From the NCBI GenBank assembly GCA_965153455.1, contig OZ234493.1:19830213-19894212 (forward strand): a stretch of 64,000 nucleotides of DNA, in the 5' to 3' direction. Source of the DNA: Sphagnum compactum. Its lineage: Eukaryota. Below, in pieces: positions 27,921-42,700 of this stretch. The notes under the pieces are model-generated. The model was not told where the DNA came from and did no database searches. It worked only from the letters and a program-made list of their open reading frames with translations. How positions within the stretch are numbered: position 1 is the stretch's first letter; each line of letters opens with the position of its first letter. Made by a program: the position numbers and the translations under genes.

Positions 27921-30900
27921 GGTGGGCTTCAAAGTGTGAAAATGGCATGAAAAATATACATATCATTTCTATATATATGATATGTCTTTTTTTTTTGTGA
28001 TGTTTTGATGTGAAGTACATGTGATTTACATTTAAACTAAATCTATGTAATTATTATGATGTAATTTTGAATAAAACTATGCGATTTTTGTGTATTAAAC
28101 ATGGACATTCATGTAAATCATTAAAAAACAATGTGTCATATGTACAAATATCATCCATATTAACCATAATATGAAATTTGTGCGATTTTTGTATGAATTT
28201 ATGACGCTTGGTAAGTTTATGATATATGGCCATTAGATCCCAATGTAATGACAAGTAAAATGCATTTTTTAGGATGTTTAAGAAAAACAAAATAATTGGC
28301 CAATGTATTTGCGTATCCATTCAAACTAGCATTGGTTGTTTATTTTATTAGTTTTCAGTTGATTAAAAGGTTAATTAAATCCATTTTAAATTCACCAAAT
28401 GTCACTCTTTTGCCATGTATTGGTCACAAACACAATTTATGAAGTGTGCACCCTGACATGCATAAATGATTTTTTTTCGTGATTTGCATACTTTGTATTC
28501 AATATAAAACATGATATGCATAGCCTTACCAAATATAAAAACTTAGCCCATTATACATGGCAATTTTAGGTATCTATGATGGAGCGATTTAAGTAATTCA
28601 TGCTTCATAAAAAAATTGATTCCCATTGAGTTTGTCTTTTCATCCATTTGTTAATTATTGAAAATTTTCCTCATATTCAATTTTGTGAGAAAATTTGGAA
28701 TAACTATGTAAATTGTCCATTTAGGATGTCTACCTTAGTCTTCTTTCATGATTTTGTTTAGCTTTGAGTATGCACCTTCGACTTTTGAAACATGATTATT
28801 GTTTCAATTTCAAATTTTGTTATAGCCTTTAGCCATTGGCTTGCATTCCAGTCTCCTTGATATTAGCAAGTATAATGCCAATTCATGCAACACACCCCAA
28901 AAAAAAATAAAATCTCATTACACATAATAATATTGCTATTGTTTTTTTCTTGCAATCCCATTCAAATTCAAAAAATGATTTGTGATATGTTCTATCGACT
29001 TAAAAAAATCAACCTAGATATATTGTAAATGCATTACCCCAAAGAAAAAAAAAAACAACTAGACATCAACAAATCCCGTGTCAACTTCAACTCATATAGT
29101 GCTAAAATGACATTTTTTAATTAATTTGTGCAATTCTTCAAAATATATGTAATAAAACAAGATGTTAGTTGCCATAAGACTAATTTTTGTGTCATTATTT
29201 GTTTTACCACTAATTAACACATCATATGTAAATATTCAAGTTTTTGACCACTTCACCATAATTGTTTTGGTTGCTTTTGGCGAATTACTTATTTCTAGCA
29301 TGAATTGGATCTTACAACCTATGGAGGGATCATATGACTATTGGACAAATTGCTTCAATTAATTTTTTCTTCTACTTTGTTCATATGTCCATACCTAAAA
29401 ATGGGAGGAAGGGGTTTAAGAATGCAAAATAGAAATGTACAATTTCTTTCTAGTTTTTAAGATTGCAATGAAAGTGAAAAAGCGCACAATTGATTTTCTC
29501 AACATATTTTTGGGTAGTATTGTGTAAGGTAAAGGCCACAATGGGTCAATCTCCAAATGAAAAGTCTAGGACAAGGTGATAGGTGAATATAGCCCCACAT
29601 TTGAGAATAACTTAGACCCATGAACTTATAAAGCACAAGGCAAAAATTATCATGAACATAAATAGACCTATGTTACAAGAAGAGGAGGGGAGGGTTCTTC
29701 CACCTACTCCTTCAAGGGATCTTACACCTTGAAGTCAGCATAATAACCCTCCTCCAAATGCCTTAACAAATTTATAGGATTGTTTTATGATGAAACAATT
29801 CGCTACATGGAAATGTGGAATACCAATTGTTCTTTTCCAAGGAGCACAATTACACCATGTGGACATTTTTTATAATGTTTAATAAAGCCTATGAATATGC
29901 ACCGAGATTGGTAAATTGGGTTTTTTGGCCAATTCGCAACCCTTGGATCCAATGTTGCAGCACTTATTAATATTTGACCTCAATGTTATAGCATTTATTA
30001 GTAACTTGGGGTCAAATAACAAGCCAAAAATGCTCAAAGTTGGCCCCAAGTTTTTTCAGCCCTGACTCCTTGTGTACAGTGGGCCTAAGTATGCTAAGTG
30101 CCCTAGTAAGTTTCAAAGTCATCTTGTGTTTTGAACTGGGTTTTTGACCTTTTTGAAATTGGGTGTTTAGAATTTGACAAATTGTTCTTAGTATTTTCCC
30201 CCCTCCTTTTTGATTGGTCTTTGTAAAACCTAATTAATATTAAACGTGAGTAATAGGTATGATATGCCTTTTCATGTTTAGCACTGGGGTGTTTAATAAT
30301 TATTTTATTTCTCAAATTTCACTTTGGCAATAAAATAGTAATTTATGAAGTTTATTAATAATTTCTTATGCACCAATAAAATTATAATTTATGGTTCTAT
30401 AGCCCTGTTTTTAGGCTCCCCCTTAAATTTGACCCTCTTTTAAAACTTTGTTCACACTTACTTCATGCAAAACATTACATTTACAACCCCCAAAACCAAT
30501 TATTGTGAAGGAGAAGAAAGTTGGGTAGTGTGATAAAAAAAATTTAGGCACCACATAAAACTGACCGAGTTCTCAAATTTTGACATTAAGAATAATAATG
30601 TCATTAAATTCTGGCATTTCAAACAAAGAATTTTAAGAAATTTTCACATTTTCAAAATAATTAAATTATTGCCAAACCTAAAAAGGAATTACAACAGTCT
30701 TGTGAGAAAATGCAAAGAGTGCACTTGTTCATTCAGCACCTTATAATTGAATAAACACATACAAAAAGTGGTCAATTTTTTAAAATTACTAACCATTAGA
30801 GTTCTTGATAAAGTGCCAATGGACAAGGGATGAAACCATTCATAAGGGGTTCAATTGAGGTGGAAAAAAAAGAAGAAGAATATAATTTCCATATTAATTA

Positions 30901-32989
30901 TTAATTTGCCTTCGGTGTTGTGCTCAAGACCAAACTAGTTTGAACACTTGTGGAAGTGATAAACTAGTTCAGTGCTGATTGCATTGCCCTGATAACCTCA
31001 ATTTTATGAGTTTGTCGCACATGTGCCTCACTTAAAGAATGACTTCACATTGAGGATCAGATTGAAGATGAGACATCAAATTGGACTTCAAAGGGAACAC
31101 CACTTTGCGATGGTAACTAAAATTAATCAGTTCGATCCAAAACCCTGAGTTATGTAATTGTAATTGCATGCATCCTATACTGTGGAGTACTCCTTGCGAA
31201 AAATTCAATGTTTAAGACACCATCTATTAATACCCAAGAAACTAAATAATTGCCTGAATCGAAATGACAACCAAAAACTAGTAATGTAAAGACTCAAACT
31301 ACCACATTTTGTTGATCTCAAGTATTTTATTGGGTCATGTATTCCTCATTGTGTTTGGGTCTTTTGACACAGAGATTTAAACATAGTCAATTGTAAGGAG
31401 CATCTCAGCATGCTATTGGATGTCAACTCCAATTACAACATCTTCCAACAATTTCATATCTCGTGAACAAACTGTATGCGTATTGCTGGTTGACTGAACA
31501 TCTCAACTCACCCTCTCCTGTGTCCCATACCCAAGACTCTTAATGCTTCCAGACAATCATCTATAAGCGGTAAGAGGCCGCTATTTACTTTGAATAATCA
31601 TGCTTTGACTTCTTTGAGTAACCAGTACACTCTTGCCGATCACCTAGTCCATAATTTAAAGTTTTGAACAAGAAGTAACACAATTGCTAAACATGCATGG
31701 TTTAGCTGTCTTTTGCTCACATATGTTAAACATTGATTGACTTGCATATGTGATAAAAAACCCAGTTGACAATCCATAGCTGGGCAAGCTGCCACCCAAT
31801 ATGACTTCTCATTGTGGCTCATAAACAACCCTTTCAACTGTAGTCAAAGGTTTTGTTAAAGAACCAACCCATCACGAACAAAAGAGATCACATCATCATC
31901 AAGAGAAATACACACACGTGCACCATATATATACATATTCATCATGTCTGCAGAAATCCAGTTTGATTTCAATTAGTCGCAGTCAAGTCTAGGTACACTG
32001 CATCGTTAGAGCTTGTTAATAAGTTATAACATGTTTAATGTTTTTCTAATTCACACTGTTTGAAATCAAACATGACAAAACTCCATTCTTTTCTAGTGCA
32101 CATGCTTACTAAAAACCATATGGGGTGCTTAGTGGCTTACATAGTTAAAAGAGTTTTTTGGGTTTTTCTGAGATGGCCAGATTCATTACAGATTTACCAT
32201 TCGTCATTAGTGAAGGCCACAGTGAACCAGCACCCACCAGAGCATCATCCACTGGATGCCCATTATTACTTAGTTGTGGATGAATCTCAACTGAGTTAAT
32301 ATTTGGTTTCACCATAGTAACCAATTCTGTCAGAAATAGGTCTCATATATTGGTAAAACATGTAACAAAATAGGTAACTACTAGGTAAAACATAGGTAAC
32401 AGTGTTTTTTTTTTTTCACTATTTAAATTTGGCTGAGTTGGCTACATGTTAGCCCCTCTTTGAGCTGTAATTGTCACATGGGCATATTATGTGTGGAATT
32501 GCCCATCTGCATGGTAACGAGGTATGTAGGTCTTCGGCGATTAGGGGAAAAATCTGGTCGGATATGATTTGCTATAAAAGAGTTTTATAAGTAAGTTTTG
32601 GAACTACAAGCTTTCGATTCTTTTCAAAAAGAATTGTGCAATAATTATTTTCTTATTTTCAATTTTTTTTGTAACAAAGCTAATTGGGGAAATTGAACCC
32701 TGACCCATAGAGGCCCTACCCATTGCAACATAAATCCTAACCTACACAAAAAAAAAAATGTTAGGTCCTAAATCTTCGATGCAAAAACAAGTGTCAATTC
32801 ATGTTTCTTTAAGGCCCCAAATGAGGTTGGAACTTGATTGAAACTTCAAAAACCATCATATCCAAAATAACATGGCTCATGGAAACAAATGATAGTTGCA
32901 GAATTCACATTCACCTTCAAGCTTCAACACCATATCGAGTTCTACTTTCTTTCCAATTCTGAATTGCTGCTCCAACAGGGAAGTTTTGC

Positions 32990-35350
32990 ATGGTGAAAAC
33001 TTTCTTACTAAACAGTCAAATGACTAGTTCCAAATGTTTCGTCAATTGATTATTTAATTTAGTTTTCATAAAAGTGAATGTAGAAAAATGTCATTCATCC
33101 TCTACTAAACCAATCACTTGCACCACAACAAGTTCAACCAACTTGATGTACTCAAGGAGTTTTTGTTCAAGAATTAGAGATGAAGAAAAGGTTTTCCATA
33201 GCTTGGTAAGCAGGTTGATATCAAATGGTTTTTGCATTGCTAATTTAACATTATTCTTCATGGTAAGGACAAACAAAAATCTTTGTAAATCAAAGGTAGT
33301 GGCTGAAAACAATCTTAGAACTCAGACCTCATTAGGCTTGACCTTTTTAGGATGGCAAAAGGTAGTCTTGAGGATTGTTAAATGAGTAGTAAACTTGGTT
33401 CTAAGTTTTGGTTGCAACTAATATTGGAAGTACACAACCCCAAATGCATCCATCAAATCTTGGTTTGGGAATTGGCATTGGAATTTTGTAATAAGTTGAT
33501 TGGCAAGTTTTGTACATTGTTGTTTCATAAATGCCACAACCTTTTCATACACATGTCTTGTCACAAAACTAGATGCCCTAATTTAATCTACATATGTGGT
33601 CCAAACATGCTGCCCAACAAGCTCAAAAGTTAAATGATTTGTTCTTGCAATTTAGATCTATGATCCATCAAAGACTTATGCTCTCATAAATAGAATTGAT
33701 AAAGTCATGGAAGTTTCCAAACACATCACCTTGGAAATAAGATTGATTGTCACTGTACATTTGATATGCATCCCCTTCACAAATTTTCAACACTGCTATG
33801 AAAGCACACACAAACACATCACATAGTTGGGAAAATTTGATCAATGAATGACCTGCCTCCAATAGTGGCATAATGACATTCAACCCCAATAATGTTTTTA
33901 CATTAGTCATCAAACACAAAGTAGACTTAGTTAGGCTATGGTGGGTGCAATTTAATGCCATTTTCATGAGGAAGGTGTAATATTCAAAGAACACACGTTT
34001 GACAGGATTGATCATGGATATCCACCTGGTTTTGATGTTTCGTAATATTTTGTTGCCCTTAGTTTCCATGATCTTTGCCAATTTGGTAAACTCCAAGTGC
34101 CTTTTGGGGCTGTGGCTGAAATAAGCACACAAACATTGCAAAAAAGTTTCGATGCAAAGTACCAAAGGTACATGTGAGAAGGTTTGTACCACCAAATTAA
34201 TCCTATGATCTATACAATGTACAAGTGACAAATGGAATATATTGTTGTTGGATTTGAATTGTAACTCCAGATTTGAAGTTTCGGAAGGTACTGACCCCCT
34301 TATCACCAAAATGGACCACCTTAGAAGCAAGGTCTTCTTCTTGCAAACCTCTCTATGTCATCAAGGAGTTCATGACAAAGTTAAACTATTAGTTCTAAAT
34401 CCAAAAAGTGCATGTTTCACATTCAACAACAAGGGTATGCGACACCAATTTTAAATAATATAAGTGTGCTCATTTGCCCAACTTGCATTATCCATAAAAA
34501 TAACTTCATCACATGTTAGGGATACAAACTTGTCATTTTGAATAACAATTTTAATGACCTTTTTCACCTCATTCTCTATGTGTTCTCCCATTTCCCAGCT
34601 AGCCCCATCAGTTCAATGTTTTTGGGGAATTTGAAGATTTGAGAATTCAAATAAAGGCTTGAAATCTTGATAATTTGTCATTGGTTTACCTTTATTCAAG
34701 AGATTGAAAATAGAAGCAAACTAAATAAGTTTTTTTTATCTTCCATTACTTAACCAATATCAAGTTGTTGGAGGACAATTGTTGTTGTAGCTGAACATAA
34801 ACAATTTCATCTTTTGCATGCCCACATTTGGATCCATAAACCACTTATCATCAGGAACTTTCCTTTTACTTACATGCTTCTCCATGGAATCCCACTTAGC
34901 CACCAAAACCTTGTCCTTCTTTTCAATTTTAGATCAAACACAACATTTCATAAAAGCAACTAATCCAATTTCATTGAAAATGGGTTCCACCCATGGCATT
35001 TTCAAAGTCCAAGCATCCTAAAACTTACGACTCACATTAGTATCAAAGTTTTTTTTTCCAATTTTTGGGATTAAAAACATGCACATCCTTAATAATAATG
35101 GGGTCAGGGTTTTCAAAAGGTTTAAACATTTCAAGAATTATGTTGCAATTCTAAGGCATAATGGTTGTTAATTCAAGGTTTTGCAATTGGCTTCTTTGCT
35201 CACCCATGTGATTGGATTTAGGTACATCAAAAGAAACAGACCCATTAGGTGCCAAGGCTTCTCTTTGAACTCCACCACCAAAAAAATATTTAAATTTGAA
35301 ATTATTTGGAACTTGTAATTTTGGAGGCATGGTTGAAGCCTGAAACAAAA
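32990..35350 (-). mobile_element. Degenerate hAT-superfamily (ZNF862-like) transposase
   Basis: ORF 33668-34330 reads 'HCIDHRINLVVQTFS...YFSHSPKRHLEF...NIKTRWISM' (CxxH and RW motifs of hAT). Dimerisation-domain-like 'VQVIGLVEDE*HFSTFTFMK' lies near 33070-33130. N-terminal zinc-finger-like remnants lie near 34800-35050. Multiple stops and frameshifts; boundaries approximate. Confidence 0.85.
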
Positions 35351-38045
35351 TAACAAATTTCAAAACAACAAAATGAACCAAAAAAAGAAAACTTAAGAAT
35401 TTTACCAAAAAAGGTTCACTTCAAATAGGTTTATAACAAAAAATTCAAATGCACATGGTAGTGTAGGTCATTGTAGTCTATAACTCTATAACATTTCAAA
35501 CAAAAAAATAGTTGCAATGTGTGCCCATTGCCTACAGCTTTACAATGCTACTAGTGCCCACTACTTTGTATACATGGAACCTTAATGCTCAAATGTTCAC
35601 ACAATGAATCCAACTAAATTACTTGATACCACCTACAACTTTGGTAAATGAAGAATGGTTTAAGAATCAAGTCACAACTCACTATTGTTGGAGTTGGGAT
35701 TCGATGGTGCACTTTAGCGAAATGAATTTCGATAATGGCATTACACATCATAGAAACCACACAAATTGTGAACCTTGAACATTATGAGTCTTGATATTTG
35801 AGTAATGATTGTAACTTTTGACTCTCGAGTCTTAAACATCGTAAATAAAGATAATTCAAAAATGAATTCAAAAGAAATATTGTCAATCCTTGTTAAGAAG
35901 TATCGGGTTTTAACATCAAACAACTTGAGTGCACTAAACAATAAAAAATTGGGAATCCAAGGGCTATGATTGCTTCAATGACAAATTGTGAAAATCCAAA
36001 GGCTAGGATAAGCACTACAACATCTATGGATTGCAAGTTGCAGAATGTGAGTGCACAAATGGTCGATGTTGGTAGTCAATGCGCAAGTCAACACTAGTAG
36101 TCGATGCATGGTTGATGTTGACAATAGATGTGCAAGTCAACACTGGTAGTTGATGCGCAAGTAGGCTTATTGATGAAGTTTGCATAGTTGATACTCAAGA
36201 TTCAATAGTCATTACACATAAAAACATACAACAAACACTCAAATGGAATTTGGGAACATTGATCAAGATTCGATAGTCATTACATAGTGTACACAGAAAC
36301 ATACAAAACATTCACGTGGAATTTGGGAACATCAATTGTTGAAATCAAACTTAGAAAAAAGAATTTTAGTTTATAAAGAGCAGCAGACTTAGCTCAGTGT
36401 CCAAGTTTATTAGTCAGCGATCATGATTCATTGTTGTTGAAGTTTTAGTCCGCGCTTCACCATGATGCCACCTTGATTTAAAAGTTACAACATTCAATGT
36501 TCAATGGCTCATACAAGCTTGCAACGACTTTACATCTATTAAAGTTCATGAGCGCCATGTTCAAAGATTTATTGCAAAACTCATCACTCCCATCACCTAA
36601 ATTCTTTGTTAGTTCTTACTTGAAGTTTGCAAGTTGGAGTGTTTTAGAATGCAAATTGCACATCGACATTAGAGTTTGGAATTTGGACAAAATCACCATT
36701 TGACATGGCAAGTGAAATAGGTTTTGGAAGGAGGGAAGGTTTAGTGAAAACCTGTTTGAAGGAAGGGTTAGGGTTTCGATGTTGATGATCCTCAGGGTGA
36801 AAATATATTGATACCCTAAAATAAATTGTGTATTACGTGAACAGACATTTTCAAGTGGTGTCAAGGAGGCGAAACAAAAACGTCCATTGTTTACGTGGTG
36901 ATAACATTCAAACATTTTTAATGAGATATTTGCAAATTTTTATATTTTTTCAAATTAAAAAAACCCTTTGTGATTCACCAGCCCAATATTCAGGTAAAAA
37001 AAAAGTGAAATTTCGCTCAAAAAAAAACAGTGATAGGTAAGGGCTGTTTTTACTACCTACCTACTAACAACCTGCTTGTGGCTTGTTAGCAGGTAGGTAG
37101 TTAAAAAAAAGAAAAAGAAAGCAACTGAGCTAACCACCATGGTTAGCTGGTGAACTGGAACCCAACAGAAAACTGTTCCCTGATCACTTTACCATCCATC
37201 AGGTAACGCATGACTGATTAGTAACAACACTTGACTGATTAGTAACACTGTCAGGGAAATTAGTCACAAATATCCCTTACTAAACTCAAGTGTGTTGTAA
37301 TGATTACTGAATTCAGATCTTTTGTGACCAAAGGGCGGTGCGCTCACCCTATTGGCCGGAATATCCAGAAGTCGCGGTAAAGGATCCAGGGAGCATTCCT
37401 TTTGACTCTTGGTTTTCACAGGAGCAAGTGAATCCAGTAGTTAAAGCATTTTTCCGGCGGTCCCAAAACGAGCTTTGCATCCCCTAAGCTCCTTTGCTGC
37501 TCTCACGAGCGTCCGTCTCTCTCCCTCTCTGTATGCTGCCGTCGCTGTGGATCCGTCGTTCGTCTCTTTGCCGTTGTCGCAGATCCGTCGTTCACGAGCA
37601 AAAGTATGATGAGTTGGGGATAAAAGAGACTTTTGTGCGGACGATGGCGCTGAGAACTTTCTGGAAAGAATGATCCCTGAATCTTGTGTCGTGTAGAAAA
37701 GGAAGTGGGAGTGCGGGAGTGCAAAGGTTTTTTTCTTTGGGGTTTTTTGTCAGTTTTGGCAGCTCTTGGAGAGCTTGATGGGGGTTTTTTTTTTTAAGGC
37801 GGAGGGAGGGAGCGAGGAATGAAGGGGGAGTGTAGGTGTAAAGCTGTTGGATCTGTTTTGAAAGAAAGCATTTGAAAAGGAGGTGTTTTTGGACTGTTTT
37901 GAGGCTCTGAAAGAGCGAGAGGTAGCTGGGAAAGAGGATTCTGAGGGTTTGCTGGGGTACTTCTGGCCGTTTGCGAACCAGGGAATCCGTGTCGGAGAGA
38001 TTGAGCTACCAGAGAAAGCCAGGTTCTCGAGGTTTTTTATAAACC

Positions 38046-38047
<2 letters not shown>

Positions 38048-38103
<56 letters not shown>
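38048..38103 (+). repeat. (GA)28 microsatellite in the putative GRAS 5' leader (potential BBR/BPC GAGA element)
   Basis: Perfect GA run about 150 nt upstream of the GRAS ATG. Confidence 0.9.
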
Positions 38104-38105
<2 letters not shown>

Positions 38106-38254
38106 ATGAACGAGAGGGGACCTGAAGTAGGTAGTATGAATCGCGAAGAAGAAATAGAGCGCGGCCGCAGAAGCACGACTTGTCTGGGACGAGAACGCTA
38201 AATACAGCGAGAAGAAGAGAACAAGTAGTAGTACAAGAGAACAAGAACAGCAGT

Positions 38255-39685
38255 ATGGCAGGAAGCAAGCATGACAGATCAGGAGCAAGTGGAGGAGAAG
38301 TATCTCCCCTTGCAGCACAGCTGCAACAGGCCTGGATGCACACACAGATGCCGAAGACGGCGAAGCGCTCTTCGATTGCCGCGCCCAGCAGCCAGCAGCA
38401 GCAGTCGAAAAGCACTCCAGATCATCATCATGAGTCTTATAGCCCTCGCAGCTCTTCTTCTTCTCCTTCCGTCGCAACGGATCAGTCGCAGTCCGCTTTG
38501 AAGTCGCTCTCTTCCATCTTCCCGGAGCTTGCCGCGCTAACTCAACAAGAGAAGAAGCCCATGATCTCTTCCGTCTTCGAAGACGGCGAATACCCGGATC
38601 CGACATCGACCGGTAAGGACCTTATCGGTGCATGTCCAGCAACCCTTTTTCTCCAGTATGAGGAAAACACTACTACGCCAGTTTCTCAGACAACTTCTCG
38701 ATCATTCTCTGCCAGCGTGCCGGGAGCTCTGCACGGTTCCAATTCCTTGGAGCAGTATTTGGCAGCGGCGACAGGATCAGCAGCTTTTCTTCGAACCTCG
38801 CAGAGCTTTTCTGCTGGAAACAACAACAACAGGAGTTTCTACACAACTCCTGCAGCAAGTTCTTTGTCGGATGCCTACTCTTCTGATCAATATAGGGCAA
38901 GTACGTTGTCGCCGAGCGAAGCAGAGACGTCAGGAAGTAGTAGTAGTAGTAGTAGTGGGATCAACTCCTTCGCGGCAGATGTCGATCCCGCGGATCCCAA
39001 TACGTTTTACTCCTACCTGAACGACTTGATGGACGACGAGCCAGAGGAGAACAAGTGTATGTTTGTGCAGGCTAGCGCTTTCCAGGCGATGGCCAAAGAG
39101 CTTGGGGACTTGATAGGTGATCATGACTCCCCTACTACTCCATACTCTGATCACAGCAGAAGCTCGGAGAAGGATCCAGAGGTAGAGCGATGGTTAGAGG
39201 ATATTCTTAGTGGTCCTTTGCCAGCTGAGGTTCCAGAACAGGGGCTCAAAGATGAGACCACCAATACAAAAAGCTTTGCAAATCATGAGTCTGCAGCAGC
39301 TGCTTCTCATGAAGACTTACTGCAAATCTTTGATTCTGGAAACAACAACAATGGTTCATGGACTGCGGCTGCAGCATGTAATAATGGTTTGACAGGAGAG
39401 GTGTATGTCCCTGGTGATCACGGTGGTGGTGCTGGAGCATCACCTAGACTCAGCATGATTGATCGTTATAAGCAGCTGGATTCTGTTTCTCGCAGTGAAG
39501 TCGCAGAAGATGTCGATGATGTCCTTCCCATGGCAAACATGAGCAGCCATGTTCCAAAGCCAATTATGTCCCAGCAGCTTAGCAATGGACATCATGGCCC
39601 TCCAGTTGATCTGAGCAATCTTCTTCTCAGGTAGAGTTCCCTTCCCTTCCCTTCCCTCTCCATCTGTCTGTGTCTTTGTGTCTGT

Positions 39686-39721
<36 letters not shown>

Positions 39722-42700
39722 CTCCCCCTCTGTCTCCTTCAGCCTGTCCTTCACCCCCCAATACTCCTTCCCCTTTGGAAGCTTTTGGTTTGTGAAGCTC
39801 ATGCATTGGGAAAGGTCGGGGGGATTTTGCCATCCATGCAGTGTGACTCTTCAGGCCAGATTGGCTGTTAGAGGGAACCCTACCAACCATTCAGGGAGTT
39901 CTCTTGGCTGTTGATGCCAAGGAATTGGTTCCCTGGCCTCCTATTTATTGCCAAGGAATGGATCCTTGGTGGCCATTCTCCAAAGTTCATCAAGTCAGAC
40001 TTGCTTGCCTAGTGACTCCTTGCTTGGAAGAATTGGAATTGACCACAAGGGGCCCATTCTTTAGTACAAAAATTCTTAGGTTTGCCCTGTTGGGCTTGCC
40101 TAGTAAGTGCTTGCCTTGCAGAATTGGCAAATAGGGTCTGTTTTGGCCACCAGGGGCCTGTTCTTTAGCACGGGCCTGCCTAAACTCACTGTGAGTAGGC
40201 AAATAATGGGTAACCCCATGCAAATTTGTTGCAAAATGTTGGTTTTCAAGGCGAGACAGGAGTCAGGTAGGTGGTGTAGGTTTTCTCTGACCCTATGAAC
40301 TCAAGGGTGACCCTGGGGTTATGCCAAGAATCCAGGCTTCACACCTCTCTTTTGGCTCCTTAATAAATATTACTCTACTGTTGCTCTTGTGGAGAGAGGA
40401 ACGGCACCTAGTAGAGCTTTCTCTCCACCTAGTTCATCCATGATCAGAAGAGAGGTATAAAGCTTAGGTTGTTTAAGTTCTTGACATGACCCTTGGGGTC
40501 ACCCTTGAGTTCAAAGGGCCACTCAGGGTGTACACCACCTAACTGAGGCTCCTGCTGAAAGTGATGAAGGCAAATAGAATGTGATGTTGCTTGAGGTTTG
40601 TTAGAAAGAACTGCATTATTTGATGGTTTGAGAGTTTTGCTAATTCAGCAAAGTCTGTCATTTTTTTTACTTCAGGTGTGCACAGGCAGTTGAACAAAAT
40701 GACATCTCACATGCTAGCGAACTGATTGCGGAGCTTCGTCAGCACTCATCACCCTATGGAAGTGGGCCACAACGAACTGCCCACTATTTTACAGAAGCAC
40801 TGGTTAGTTCACTCACCAGCCGCCATCAGTTTCCATTGGTCAAGTAGCTGCTGGAGAGCATAGTATGCAAGTTGTTCACTGAATCCTAAAACTAAGATAC
40901 ATTCAAAGTACAGCAAACCTTAGAAGAGTTATTACATAAGTTGACAACAACATGAATGTACTGTATAACAAACCTGGGTATGGTAGGGCCTTTTCCAGCT
41001 AGGAATGTGGTGAGCCTGGTGAGGTGAGCTGCCATTCTCTTAGGTGGTAATGGGTTCAAGCAGGGCCTGTTTCAGAGTGTAACTGGTTTTCCCCACCATT
41101 GACTCACATTGCTAAGCATGTTCTCCACCATCTATTCACATTATAATTGAAGCTGATCGCACCAAAAGTGAAACCAGTAGATGCCTACCCTTTCCACCTA
41201 AGAAAAAGCCTGAAAAAGTGCCTGAATAGGACATTCAAACTGGCTACATATTAGGTGATAGCTGGTAGGAGGGCTGTTACCATAACTATTTCATGTCCTG
41301 GCAGTAGCTGGGGAGTGAATTACAAATGGTATTGGCCAACCAACATTCACTACTGAACCTAATTTTAGGAGGGATTATATTTCCTATAATGCTGCATAGG
41401 AGAAATTTGATGGGTCCATTTTGATGGTTTCTTTTGGGTTCTCCTACAAAGAACCATTTAGACATTGATTTTTGAAGTTTTATTTGGATCCTTGCTTTGG
41501 TGGAATTTGGAGAAATTGTTTATTTTTTTGTTAGTTCCCACAAAATGATGTTTTGGTGCTCAATTTTTTCTGAGGTGGTGGGGCCATTGTGCAAGAGTTT
41601 CTTATGTATTTGGGTGTGATAAGTGGATGCAGGTTGCAAGAATGTCAAGGACAGGTTCTAAACTCTACACAGCTCTGACCAACAATCGACCCACAGCATC
41701 TGAAATGCTGAAAGCCTTTCGCCTCTTTGTTGAATGTGTCCCCCTCACCCGCTTGTCTCATGTATTCTTGAATTTGGCAATTATGCATGCGATTGGCGAT
41801 GCAAAACGGGTCCACATAGTCGACTATGGTATCCTCTACGGTGTCCAATGGCCATGTTTCATCTACCATTTTTCTCGACTACCTGGCCCACCACACCTCC
41901 GGATTACTGGTATTCTCATATTAAGAAACTGCCATAACTTAGGGGAAAAACAGTTTCAATTAATATGTGAAAACAATTGATGTTAATTTCTTGTATTTTA
42001 TTTTTCTCAAGGTCATTATTGCAGGTATGGAGTTTGTGATTTTAATTTTTTTCAATAAATTATTATTTTCAGGGATTGATCTGCCACAACCTGGTTTCAG
42101 ACCCTCAGAAAGAATCCAAGAGACAGGTCGAAGGCTTGCGCGTGTGGCTGAGCATGTGGGTGTGCCCTTTGAATTTCATGCCATTGCTGAGAAATGGGAG
42201 GCAATCACACCTGCGCATCTTCTCTTACGCAATGATGAAGTGTTAGCAGTGAACTGTGCTTTCAGGCTTCGCCATCTGTTGGACGAATCTGTTGTGGCAG
42301 CGAGCCCTCGTGATCTGGTTCTGAACAGGATACGAAGCATGAACCCTAAGGTAATAGATGGTTTTTTTTGTTACTCAATTGTCCTCTTTTGTTATCAGGA
42401 TCTAATTGGGATCCAGTTTTGTCCTTTTCGATTGCCACACATACATGCATGTGATATTTTGTGCTTTCTCTTTGTGTTGCTAAATTTCTGTGTCAATTTG
42501 AAAGTGCTGATGCCTTTATGATTTGATGTGGTCATGAATCGGAAATTGGAGAATGCGATGGTGCATATGAGACATTTAACAATCCTGTGTGTTGTCGGGC
42601 TTGGCCTTCGGTTTTTCCTCTCTACAGATATTTGTGGAAGCAGTGGTGAATTCAGGCTACAATGCACCTTTTTTCATGTCCCGGTTCCGGGCAGCATTGA

